From: an uncultured Bacteroidota bacterium
GTDB taxonomy: Bacteria > Bacteroidota > Bacteroidia > Bacteroidales > UBA12481
Length of the DNA stretch: 64,000 nt
Assembly (NCBI GenBank): GCA_903919065.1
Contig: CAIXHD010000345.1
Span: 87,231 to 151,230, forward strand
Reading direction: 5' to 3'
The position numbers were made by a program, and so were the translations under genes. A model generated the notes under the pieces. That model did no database searches. It saw only the letters and a list, made by a program, of their open reading frames with translations, and was not told the origin of the DNA. This document shows, in pieces, positions 10,031-18,709 of the stretch. Within the stretch, counting starts at the first letter, position 1; each line of letters begins with the position of its first letter.

Positions 10031-11412
10031 AACGATTTATTTCTTGAAGGTAACAGATTGGCATATTGGGTTTTAATTATAAGGGCTGCATTTTCCCATC
10101 TCAAATTATTGACCTCATCGCGACCATAATGCTGAAACATTAAAGGAAGCGACTCATAGGTGATGAGACCGTAAATTGCATCGGCCATAGCATCGACATC
10201 CCAGAAATCTACTTTAATAGCATGTTTGAGAATTTCTGAAACACCAGATTGCTTAGAAATGATTACTGGAACATTGGATCGCATTGCTTCCAACGGACTA
10301 ATTCCAAAAGGTTCAGAAACTGAAGGCATTACATAAACATCACTGATAGCAAACATATTATCGACATCACGGCCTTTAAGAAAATCGGTAAAATGAAATT
10401 TTTCAGTTATACCAAGTTTGGCGGCATACCTGATCATTCTCCTTAGCAGGTCGCCGCTGCCAGCCATAACAAATCGAACATTATTTGAATGTTTTAAAAC
10501 CTTATTGGCTGCTTCCATGAAATATTCAGGGCCCTTTTGGTAGGTAATACGACCAAGGAATGTTACCACTTTTTCATCGACGGATTTTTCGAATATTTCA
10601 GCTCCGGATTCTGTTCCCGGCTCAACAGCATTATAAACGGTTACTACCTTATCTGGATTAATTCCATACCGGTTGATAACGATATTTCTTGTCAGGTTGC
10701 TGACAGTAATAACCAGGTCAGCCTCTTCCATCCCCGTTTTTTCGATATCAAAGACAATTGTATTGTAATTTTCACCTGAACGGTCGAACTCAGTAGCGTG
10801 AACATGAACGACCAGAGGTTTGCCCGACATCCTTTTTGCAGCAATCCCGGCCGGATAGGTCAGCCAGTCGTGTGCATGTATAATGTCAAATGTTTGCTCA
10901 TGTGCTATTTCTGATGAAACCAGTGCATAGTTTGATACTTCCTGCATTAGATCAGGTCCATATTTCCCAGTGAAATCAAGTGTTCCAACCTCTTCAGTAA
11001 GAACTGAAGTTCCGGAGGCAAACCCGTTATCAAACTCTTGAATTGAAACTTCATTTCGCTGCAGGTGTTCGTGCGAATACTTTTGAAACTCTTCGGGAGA
11101 GAGGTAAGGCAGGAGTTTTGAACCAACCTCGATATAAGTCATTTCAAGAGCATGGCTGGTGCTAACAGATTTCGAACCTACCTGCTTTTCCTGGCTAAAT
11201 GAATAGGTCCGTCTCTTAATCGGAACTTGGGAGGCACCAACTAGTTTAACAGAGGACTGATCTTCATCACCGTATGATTTTGGTACCACAAAAATCACTT
11301 CAACTCCACAGAAAGCCAGCCCACGCGTCATTCCGTAACAAGCAGTTCCTAATCCTCCGCTGATATGTGGAGGAAATTCCCATCCAAACATTAGTACACG
11401 CATAGGTATCAT
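10027..11412 (-). CDS. GT4-family (GT-B fold) glycosyltransferase, glycogen-synthase-like
   Basis: 461 aa. N-terminal FGWEFPPHISGGLGTA and C-terminal MPSVSEPFGISPLEAM (E-x7-E region) are present. It sits between the GDE and GH57 genes with 4-nt overlaps on both sides. Confidence 0.8.
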   Translation of the reverse strand: MIPMRVLMFGWEFPPHISGGLGTACYGMTRGLAFCGVEVIFVVPKSYGDEDQSSVKLVGASQVPIKRRTYSFSQEKQVGSKSVSTSHALEMTYIEVGSKLLPYLSPEEFQKYSHEHLQRNEVSIQEFDNGFASGTSVLTEEVGTLDFTGKYGPDLMQEVSNYALVSSEIAHEQTFDIIHAHDWLTYPAGIAAKRMSGKPLVVHVHATEFDRSGENYNTIVFDIEKTGMEEADLVITVSNLTRNIVINRYGINPDKVVTVYNAVEPGTESGAEIFEKSVDEKVVTFLGRITYQKGPEYFMEAANKVLKHSNNVRFVMAGSGDLLRRMIRYAAKLGITEKFHFTDFLKGRDVDNMFAISDVYVMPSVSEPFGISPLEAMRSNVPVIISKQSGVSEILKHAIKVDFWDVDAMADAIYGLITYESLPLMFQHYGRDEVNNLRWENAALIIKTQYANLLPSRNKSL

Positions 11413-13349
11413 ATTTTCTTCAGCAAATACATGATTCTCAAAGCTTCAGCTACACTAGCAGCTGAAGATATTGCCCCGCAGGGAGTATGAGGCGGATTTC
11501 CGTCATATACTTCAGATATTGTTCCCAAACCATGTTCGAACATATCTTCCTCGAAATTGTGGACCAGGGCATTAATAAAGTGTTTACCTGACTTGCCATA
11601 AAGGTTAATCCAGGCCTGAGCAAAATGGCCTAATAGCCACGGACGCACAGTACCCTGATGATAGGCCAGGTCTCTGGTCACATGATCACCTTCATAACTT
11701 GTTTTATAATCCTCATGCCTGGGTGACAATGTTCTCAATCCCTTGGGCGTCAAAAGTTCTGATTGAACGATATCAAGAACTGCGCGTTTCTGTTCATCCT
11801 CCAACGGAGAAAATGGCATTGCAACAGCAATAACCTGATTTGGCCTGACATCCCAATTGGCTTTACCTTCAAAAACATAATCTGCCAGATAATTCTGCTT
11901 GCTTCCCCAGAAAGTCTCTTTAAAATTCTTTTCGATAATAGAAGGCCAATCTTTCCATTCATTAACAAATGCAGAATCGCCAGCTGCAGTAGCTAACTGC
12001 AAGGCAAAACAAACAGAATTATACCAAAGGGCATTAACCTCAACGGGTAAACCGGGACGCTGAGTTACGGGAGCACCATCCAGGTATGCACTCATCCAAG
12101 TCAGTGCCTGATTAGGCAGATAAGCAAATAATAAGCCATTATCCTGCATTTTTATTCCGGGGTTAACACCATCATGATAAGCGGAAAGTACCTGTTTTAT
12201 AGATGGCCCGAATGATTTCCAGATTTGTGCATCGTCCCTCATGTATTCGGCATATTGCTGTAGTGCCCAAATCATCCACAGAGAACCATCCACACTTCGA
12301 TAAACGGGTTTATTGCGGTCAGGCGAATGATTGGGGAAAAGTCCGTTTTTCAACTTTTTGACCAGAGACTTTGCCAACTTATCAAAAAGTTCGGGTTGAC
12401 CGGTCGCAATAGTCAAACCGGGCAGGGCAATCCAGCAATTTCTTCCATAGGATCCAAACCAGTGATAGCCTGAAACTATTTCCTGCCTACCATGTATATC
12501 TATAATAAAAGATTTCGCTGTCTGAGCCAGCACTTCCTCAAAGGTATGACGCAATGGAGTCTTATCTATCTGGCTCTGCAGACGTTTTTTCAAGCCTGAT
12601 GGCGCCTGTTCTTCAAAACCGGCTGATAAAACAAAACTCTCACCGGCCTTTATTGAACACTCAAAATAACCAGGAACATAAAGGTCCTCCTGATAAGGAT
12701 ACCCCCTCCTCTGTTCCTTCAGATATTCAATCTTGGAATACCAGTCCGGTGCGGCAATGAACTCAAACGCCTTAGAGGTTTGCAGGTAAAGACCCGGGTA
12801 ATCCTGATATAGCTTTAGATACACGCCATTACGGCATTCCTGAACCAGTTTATTGACATTCATATTTGCATAACTCAGTGCATGAACACTACGAAATGCC
12901 AGGAATGGTTTAATTTTTAATATGGTTGGGCTATGGGCCTCCAACAATGTATACCTGATAAGCAAACGGGCTTCCTTTTCATCCAGAAGAATTTCCTTTT
13001 GCAGCATTACGCCCCCTACCCTGTAAATCATTTTCCATACCGGATCCATTTCAAACCAGCGTGCATATTTATGCCCTTTCGGATAATATTCACCCGGATA
13101 CTTATGGATTCCAAGATTAAACTCCTGATCATGCTGGATAACAGTTTCGTCGAGTGACGATAAAATCACATGTCTGCCGCCATCATTCTCAGTGATGGGA
13201 GCCACCAGAAGTCCGTGATATTTTCTTGTATTACAGCCAATTATCGTAGAGCTGGCGTAAGCCCCTGACGGGTTAGCCAGAAGTATTTCTTTCGAAAGAC
13301 TGTATTCGAGGTTAATCAGCTGAGTTTTATCAAATTGCAAAAAGCTCAT
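11409..13349 (-). CDS. Glycogen debranching enzyme (GDE N-terminal domain plus amylo-alpha-1,6-glucosidase C-terminal domain)
   Basis: 646 aa. Bacterial/archaeal GDE-like regions are GYHWFGSYGRNCWIALPG, LAYHQGTVRPWLLGHF and ISEVYDGNPPH. It is the first gene of the minus-strand glycogen operon. Confidence 0.85.
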   Translation of the reverse strand: MSFLQFDKTQLINLEYSLSKEILLANPSGAYASSTIIGCNTRKYHGLLVAPITENDGGRHVILSSLDETVIQHDQEFNLGIHKYPGEYYPKGHKYARWFEMDPVWKMIYRVGGVMLQKEILLDEKEARLLIRYTLLEAHSPTILKIKPFLAFRSVHALSYANMNVNKLVQECRNGVYLKLYQDYPGLYLQTSKAFEFIAAPDWYSKIEYLKEQRRGYPYQEDLYVPGYFECSIKAGESFVLSAGFEEQAPSGLKKRLQSQIDKTPLRHTFEEVLAQTAKSFIIDIHGRQEIVSGYHWFGSYGRNCWIALPGLTIATGQPELFDKLAKSLVKKLKNGLFPNHSPDRNKPVYRSVDGSLWMIWALQQYAEYMRDDAQIWKSFGPSIKQVLSAYHDGVNPGIKMQDNGLLFAYLPNQALTWMSAYLDGAPVTQRPGLPVEVNALWYNSVCFALQLATAAGDSAFVNEWKDWPSIIEKNFKETFWGSKQNYLADYVFEGKANWDVRPNQVIAVAMPFSPLEDEQKRAVLDIVQSELLTPKGLRTLSPRHEDYKTSYEGDHVTRDLAYHQGTVRPWLLGHFAQAWINLYGKSGKHFINALVHNFEEDMFEHGLGTISEVYDGNPPHTPCGAISSAASVAEALRIMYLLKKI

Positions 13350-13482
13350 AAAAATATCTTTTGATGGTAGAATCAGAGTCTCAAAGTACCGAAATAATGG
13401 GAGATTATCCTTCTTTTCGGAAAACTTTTTTCCTTATAAAGAGACAATAAACTTTATCGATTGTTTATTTTTAAAATTCCTT

Positions 13483-13490
13483 TACCTTTG
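13483..13490 (+). promoter_or_regulatory. Bacteroidota-type -7 promoter box (TACCTTTG, consensus TAnnTTTG) for the ferredoxin gene
   Basis: Exact TAnnTTTG match 25 nt upstream of the ATG at 13516, in an AT-rich intergenic region. Confidence 0.5.
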
Positions 13491-13515
13491 TACCGCAAAA
13501 TAAAAAAAATTAAAA

Positions 13516-13683
13516 ATGGCATACATAATTAATGATGACTGCACCGCCTGTGGGACCTGTATCGACGAATGTCCGGTAGAAGCAATCTCTGAAGGTGATA
13601 TTTACAAAATTAATCCTGACGAATGCACCGATTGTGGCGCTTGCGCAGATGTTTGCCCTGTTGAAGCCATTCACCCGGCATAG
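13516..13683 (+). CDS. fdx: 2x[4Fe-4S] ferredoxin, 55 aa (not in the ORF track because it is under 60 aa)
   Basis: Hand translation gives MAYIINDDCTACGTCIDECPVEAISEGDIYKINPDECTDCGACADVCPVEAIHPA. It has two CxxCxxCxxxCP motifs and the clostridial-type ferredoxin length. It has its own -7 box and is followed by a hairpin terminator. Confidence 0.85.
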   Translation: MAYIINDDCTACGTCIDECPVEAISEGDIYKINPDECTDCGACADVCPVEAIHPA

Positions 13684-13695
13684 CAGCAACTTCTT

Positions 13696-13730
13696 ATAAA
13701 AAAGCCGGCAAATGCCGGCTTTTTTATTTT
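13696..13730. terminator. Bidirectional rho-independent terminator shared by fdx (+) and citF (-)
   Basis: The stem AGCCGGCA (13703..13710) pairs with TGCCGGCT (13713..13720). An A-run lies on the left and a T-run on the right, so both transcripts end in a U tract. Confidence 0.7.
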
Positions 13731-13739
13731 AATCTCTTT

Positions 13740-15305
13740 TTATTCTGACAGTTTCCAAACAGAATCAATGACAGTACCATCAACCCACTTAATGGCTGCC
13801 ACAATTTCGTTCAGGAACTTCGGCTTTTCAGGTTTACCACATATTCTTTCCGCCTCCTCCTTAAGCTGATTGATCGTAACAACAGGAAGTCCGGAACCCT
13901 GCACCTTTTCAAGCAGGTCCGTACGAAGCGGATTTATACAGATACCCCTTTCTGTCACTATTACGTCAATGAGTTCTCCAGGCCCGCACAGTGTGGTTAC
14001 CTCATCAACAATAACCGGAATTCTGTCCCTGAAAAGGGGAATCGGGATTATTACAGTTTTAGAAAACAGACAATTTTGCCATCCACCTATACCATGCAGC
14101 AGGTATCCGTCTGAATGTGTTACAACATTCCCATTAAAGTTCACATCAATTTCAGTAGCACCTAATATTGCAACGTCAACCATTCCAGAGAAGTTCCCTT
14201 TGCCATGATAGTTATAGCTTGTAAAAGGGGTTGTCATTAAATGGTTCGGGTTCATAGCCATTGATCTGACTCCATCAAGATCAAAGGTTTGTCCATCGAG
14301 AATAAAATCAACATATCCTTCCTCAAGCATTTTAACCAGGTAAAGGTTGCTGCCTCCTCTGGCAAATCTGGCTTTAATGCCTTTTTCTTTCATTATCTTA
14401 TAAAAGAAATCACCAACAGCCAGTGCGGTGCCGCCTGCCCCTGCCTGAAAAGAGAATCCTTCACGGATTATGCCGGTAACTTCGCAAAAACGCGCAGTCA
14501 TTTCTGCTAAAAGCAGCCTGTCCGGACTTTTAGTAATCTGCGTGGTACCTGAGACGATTTTTTCGGGTATTCCCACTTTATCAACCAATACAGTATAATC
14601 GACATAATTACCTTGTATTTGCCATGGGACACAAGGAAACTCGATCAGATTATCCGTAACCACAACTACTTTGCCAGCATATTGGGAGTCGGCAAGTGCA
14701 AAGCCGAGTCCACCGCTTGCAGACGTCCCGTTCAATCCGTTAGCATTACCAAACGGATCGCAGCAGGTAGCGCCGATCACAGTAATATCAACTTTCAATT
14801 CACCATCCTGAATAGCCTGATATCTGCCCCCGTGAGAACGGAGGACAGCCAACCCAGCCATTTTTCCTCTGGAAGTAAATTTCCCCAGGGGTCCGTTCAT
14901 GCTACCCTCTATCCTGTTTATTGTCCCGTCTTCAAGGTATTTGATCAGGTATTCATGACAGGGAAAAGAAGCTGACGGTGCCCAAACCAGGTTTTTCACT
15001 CCCATGTCATGAGCGATATCAAATATCTGATTGGCAATTAGATCGCCATCCCTGAAATGATGATGGGTAGAAATGGTCATTCCATCCTTTAATCCACACA
15101 ATTCCAATGCATCACGAAGGGAAGCCACCAGTTTGTTACCATCAGCAGGATAATCAGCGCAGGATGAAATTGCAGGTCCGTAGCGATGGCCGGCAGGTTT
15201 ATACTTTCCTATACCCATAAAAGGAACTGCTACCTGGCCATTAATAACCTCCGGAACAATCCGCCCCAAAGCATTGGTCACCAGTTTATCATATTTCTTT
15301 GTCAT
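13740..15305 (-). CDS. citF: Citrate lyase alpha subunit (citrate CoA-transferase)
   Basis: 521 aa with full-length CitF-like sequence (TISTHHHFRDGD, LRSHGGR, AGAGGTALAV regions). Its ATG overlaps the upstream citDE stop by 4 nt. Confidence 0.9.
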   Translation of the reverse strand: MTKKYDKLVTNALGRIVPEVINGQVAVPFMGIGKYKPAGHRYGPAISSCADYPADGNKLVASLRDALELCGLKDGMTISTHHHFRDGDLIANQIFDIAHDMGVKNLVWAPSASFPCHEYLIKYLEDGTINRIEGSMNGPLGKFTSRGKMAGLAVLRSHGGRYQAIQDGELKVDITVIGATCCDPFGNANGLNGTSASGGLGFALADSQYAGKVVVVTDNLIEFPCVPWQIQGNYVDYTVLVDKVGIPEKIVSGTTQITKSPDRLLLAEMTARFCEVTGIIREGFSFQAGAGGTALAVGDFFYKIMKEKGIKARFARGGSNLYLVKMLEEGYVDFILDGQTFDLDGVRSMAMNPNHLMTTPFTSYNYHGKGNFSGMVDVAILGATEIDVNFNGNVVTHSDGYLLHGIGGWQNCLFSKTVIIPIPLFRDRIPVIVDEVTTLCGPGELIDVIVTERGICINPLRTDLLEKVQGSGLPVVTINQLKEEAERICGKPEKPKFLNEIVAAIKWVDGTVIDSVWKLSE

Positions 15306-16528
15306 ATGGAAAGATTTTCGTACCAGTTTTTTTCAATCAGTGACAATTCAATGGCCAGATCTATTGTTTTCTGTGCACGTTTCACCACAGGAGGATCGAT
15401 CATTTTGGATCCCAGTGAAACGACTCCAAGTCCTTTTGCCTGAGCTTCCTTAAACGCAATTACAATCTTCCCGGCCTTTTCGATCTCTTCAGCATCAGGA
15501 GCAAAATTTTCATGGATTACCGGAATCTGCCTTGGATGAATACAACCCATGCCATCAAAACCCATAGCCCTGGATCTCTGCACATTGTCACGCAAACCCT
15601 CCATATCTTCAACGTCAGAAAAAACCGAGTCGATAGCTTGTATTCCTGCAGCTTTTGCCGCAATAACCAAAGCAGAACGTGCATATGATGATTCACCACC
15701 TTCCTGGGTTCTTCTTACACCCAAATCGGCAGTAAAATCCTCAAGACCGATAGCAAGGGCAACCACAGTTTTCGAAGCGGCAGCAATTTGCACAGCATTA
15801 GCTACTCCTTTAGCACTTTCTATAATTGGCATGATCCATACGTTGCCGCTGAGGTTATTCTGATTTTGGATTTCATCAATTCTTGCCTTGACCGCTTCAA
15901 CCTGGCTGGCCTGTTCACATTTTGGCAGAAGAACAAGGTTTACACCGTGCGGTATTAGCCAATCAAGATCCTCCAGACCGGCAGGAAGCTGATTGATTCG
16001 GACCATCCTTTCAGTATTTCCAAAATCAAGCGAACGCAAAGCATTTCTGACCAATACACGGGCTTCAGGTTTTTTTTCCGGAGCAACGGAATCTTCCAGA
16101 TCCAGTATCAAACCATCGGGTTTATGCAAATAAGCATTTATCATGAGGCTTGGCGAGTTTCCCGGCAAATAGAGTCGGGAGAATCTTCGCTTGTCCATGG
16201 AAGTTGGCCTGATAACATTGGCATGCAAAGGTAACAACCAGGATTCCTTTACATCGAAGAGATCACGAACTGCGGCTTCAATCCTGGCTGCAATAACCCA
16301 TGAAAGTGCACCGCTGTCAGCGACCGAAACCCGAGCATTTATTATTTGGTAAAAATCGAGAATCTCATGTATTTGCCTGATTATGTCAGTCCCATACAGA
16401 ACCTTGACTTTGCTTATCAGATCAATAACAATTCCACCGGAATCCGTCGGTTCGATGGTAACCTGACAATCCGACCTGGTTTTCCCTCCGGAATTACCAG
16501 CTGTGCCAATAGATTTCTTGAAATTCAC
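15302..16528 (-). CDS. citE: Fused citrate lyase acyl-carrier (CitD, gamma) plus citryl-CoA lyase (CitE, beta) subunit
   Basis: The CitD-like part (track residues ~30-125) has IGTAGNSGGKTRSDCQVTIEP and ADSGALSWVIAARIEAA. The CitE/HpcH-HpaI part has SRLYLPGNSP and GLILDLEDSVAPEKK. The track start (TTG at 16615) is replaced by GTG at 16528, because a terminator hairpin and a -7 box lie inside the putative N-terminal extension. The product then begins MNFKKSIGTAG, like free CitD proteins. Confidence 0.8.
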   Translation of the reverse strand: MNFKKSIGTAGNSGGKTRSDCQVTIEPTDSGGIVIDLISKVKVLYGTDIIRQIHEILDFYQIINARVSVADSGALSWVIAARIEAAVRDLFDVKESWLLPLHANVIRPTSMDKRRFSRLYLPGNSPSLMINAYLHKPDGLILDLEDSVAPEKKPEARVLVRNALRSLDFGNTERMVRINQLPAGLEDLDWLIPHGVNLVLLPKCEQASQVEAVKARIDEIQNQNNLSGNVWIMPIIESAKGVANAVQIAAASKTVVALAIGLEDFTADLGVRRTQEGGESSYARSALVIAAKAAGIQAIDSVFSDVEDMEGLRDNVQRSRAMGFDGMGCIHPRQIPVIHENFAPDAEEIEKAGKIVIAFKEAQAKGLGVVSLGSKMIDPPVVKRAQKTIDLAIELSLIEKNWYENLSI

Positions 16529-16551
16529 TTTGGTTTGGATTTGGTTAATCA

Positions 16552-16559
16552 CAAAGATA
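16552..16559 (-). promoter_or_regulatory. -7 promoter box TATCTTTG for the citDE-citF unit
   Basis: Exact TAnnTTTG match on the minus strand, 23 nt upstream of GTG 16528 and just downstream of the mmdB terminator hairpin. Confidence 0.5.
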
Positions 16560-16569
16560 GGATTTTGGT

Positions 16570-16600
16570 AAAAAAAGATCCCGGCCGAAGCAGGGATCTT
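16570..16600 (-). terminator. Rho-independent terminator/attenuator after mmdB
   Basis: The minus-strand RNA folds as AAGAUCCC-U-GC-UUCG-GC-C-GGGAUCUU followed by UUUUU. This is an 8-bp outer stem plus a GC/GC inner stem closing a UUCG tetraloop. It starts 25 nt after the mmdB stop. Confidence 0.65.
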
Positions 16601-16624
16601 CTCAAAAGCTTCCAAAAATTTTTA

Positions 16625-17893
16625 TCAGAGAAGAAAACTAAGCATTATACCTGCAGCCACTGCACTTCCGATGACGCCGGCAACATTTGGTCCCATCGCA
16701 TGCATAAGAAGATGATTAGTCGGATCAGCGCGCAAACCTTCCACCTGAGATACCCGGGCAGCAGCAGGTACAGCGGAAACTCCCGCCGAACCTATCAGTG
16801 GATTCACCTGGTTTTCAGGTTTCAGAAAGAGGTTCATTAGTTTTGCGAAGGATACCCCACCTGCTGTGGCAACCATAAATGAAATTGCGCCAAGGGCAAA
16901 TATCATCAGGGACTTTGAGGTCAGGAACACATCAGCCTGAGTGGATGCGCCAACAGTCAATCCGATAAGTATGGTAACAATGTCAATCAGTGAAGTCTTG
17001 GCAGTATCAGCAAGTCTGCGTGTAACACCAGATTCCCTGAGAAGGTTACCAAAGAAAAGCATCCCCAGCAACGGCAAGGCACTTGGCGATATAAAACAGG
17101 TCAGTAGTAATCCGATGATTGGAAAAAGGATTTTTTCTATCCTAGAAACCTGTCTGGGCGACTTCATACGAATCCTGCGTTCCTTTTTTGTTGTTAAAAG
17201 TCGCATGATCGGCGGTTGGATAACCGGTACCAGAGCCATATATGAATAAGCAGCTATAGCTATTGGGCCAATGAGATTGGCGCTCTGTACGCCATTCCAC
17301 ATTTTCACACCATTAGCGAGCCGGGAGGCTGTATAAATTGCTGTAGGTCCGTCAGCACCACCAATAATTCCAATAGCAGCGGCTTCCGGGAGTGTAAATC
17401 CGAGGTAAATAGCCGCCAGAAGGGTTACGAAAATACCAAGTTGGGCTGCAGCTCCCAGGAGCATCGTTTTCGGATTAGATATCAGGTAGGAGAAATCAGT
17501 CATGGCACCCAATCCAAGAAATATCAAAGGTGGATATATACCCGCAGTAACACCAAAGTACAGATAATTCAATACACTGCCTTTTTCATAAATTCCAATC
17601 TCCATTCCGGAATTCAATAGAAAGGGGATGTTCCCGATCAATATCCCCATTCCGATCGGCACGAGCAATAGCGGCTCAAAGCTATGACGGATGGCCAGAT
17701 ATAGAAAAATCAACCCTACCACAATCATCAGCAGGTGTTTTAACGAAGCGTTGGCAAATCCACTAAAGTGAAGGAAATTTTTAATCCCATTTTGTGCATT
17801 GCCGCCAAAATCACCCAAATTCTGATTTGGAACAGCCCAGCTGATCAGGCCCAGAAAAGCGATTATTCCAAATACGGTTAAAGCTCTTTTCAT
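16625..17893 (-). CDS. mmdB: Na+-translocating decarboxylase beta subunit (OadB/MmdB family integral membrane protein)
   Basis: 422 aa and polytopic. Regions such as [13 protein letters not shown] and NLLRESGV are characteristic of the sodium-ion-pump decarboxylase beta family. Confidence 0.9.
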   Translation of the reverse strand: MKRALTVFGIIAFLGLISWAVPNQNLGDFGGNAQNGIKNFLHFSGFANASLKHLLMIVVGLIFLYLAIRHSFEPLLLVPIGMGILIGNIPFLLNSGMEIGIYEKGSVLNYLYFGVTAGIYPPLIFLGLGAMTDFSYLISNPKTMLLGAAAQLGIFVTLLAAIYLGFTLPEAAAIGIIGGADGPTAIYTASRLANGVKMWNGVQSANLIGPIAIAAYSYMALVPVIQPPIMRLLTTKKERRIRMKSPRQVSRIEKILFPIIGLLLTCFISPSALPLLGMLFFGNLLRESGVTRRLADTAKTSLIDIVTILIGLTVGASTQADVFLTSKSLMIFALGAISFMVATAGGVSFAKLMNLFLKPENQVNPLIGSAGVSAVPAAARVSQVEGLRADPTNHLLMHAMGPNVAGVIGSAVAAGIMLSFLL

Positions 17894-17899
17894 ACGGCC

Positions 17900-18316
17900 T
17901 TATTCAATTTCAAATAAAATATCATCCTGAAGGATATTATCCCCCTGATTCACCTTCATATTCCTTATCACTCCATCCTTTTCAGCAAGGATTTTATTTT
18001 CCATTTTCATGGCTTCGTAAATCATGATAATGTCACCGTGCTTTACAGTGTCACCATTTTTCTTACTAATAGATAAGATATTACCCGGAAGCGGAGTTCT
18101 GACAGCAAGAAACTTTGTTCCTGCCGACATATGCACGGGTTCAGGAGCTTTAACAGGATTTCTAACCAGGATCGGCGTTTTAGAAAGCTGCACCTGATGA
18201 TGAATCTCCACTTCATAATTTGTACCGTTCACCTCAACCTGGGCCAGGTTCTGGTCGATTGATTTTACATCGACCTCGTAATTATTGCCTTGAATAGTAA
18301 ATTTGAATGATTTCAT
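17900..18316 (-). CDS. mmdC: Biotin carboxyl carrier subunit of the decarboxylase
   Basis: 138 aa with a C-terminal biotinyl domain carrying the EAMKMEN biotinylation motif. Confidence 0.9.
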   Translation of the reverse strand: MKSFKFTIQGNNYEVDVKSIDQNLAQVEVNGTNYEVEIHHQVQLSKTPILVRNPVKAPEPVHMSAGTKFLAVRTPLPGNILSISKKNGDTVKHGDIIMIYEAMKMENKILAEKDGVIRNMKVNQGDNILQDDILFEIE

Positions 18317-18336
18317 TCGTCAATGAGTATTAACTA

Positions 18337-18699
18337 TTACTTGTAATTCAGATTGCGTAATCCATAGATTTTTGAATTCCATGGAGAATATCTGCGTGAA
18401 ACCTTTTCGATCGTCATAACATTGGATTCCATATCATGCAGTTCGCTCATATAAAGGTGAAGTGCCAATGCAATTACAGCATTGGTCTCCCCACTGATAT
18501 CGGTACAGCACTCTTCCTGATCATTAATTTTTCCAGCTTTGCGAAGCTTACTGCGCAACTGAATTTTGAAAAGCTTCGGGATCTGATTGAAGATTACGGT
18601 AAGTATTGTAAGAGCCAGAAAAACAATACCAATACCAACGGCTGCGATAACAATACCAAGTTTAAAATCGCCGGAATTAACGATAAACAATAAATCCAT
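18337..18699 (-). CDS. mmdD: OadG-like small membrane subunit (delta/gamma) of the decarboxylase
   Basis: The start is set at ATG 18699 (MDLLFIV...), which gives an N-terminal TM helix IVIAAVGIGIVFLALTIL. The longer track ORF (to 18786) would overlap mmdA by 77 nt. Confidence 0.75.
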   Translation of the reverse strand: MDLLFIVNSGDFKLGIVIAAVGIGIVFLALTILTVIFNQIPKLFKIQLRSKLRKAGKINDQEECCTDISGETNAVIALALHLYMSELHDMESNVMTIEKVSRRYSPWNSKIYGLRNLNYK

Positions 18700-18709
18700 G
18701 GTAAAAAGA

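Noticed and set aside
16529-16615. The TTG-initiated 29-codon N-terminal extension of the citDE ORF.
   Set aside because: It contains a terminator hairpin with a U-tract and a consensus -7 box. Free CitD proteins begin where GTG 16528 would start. It is treated as non-coding leader and intergenic sequence.
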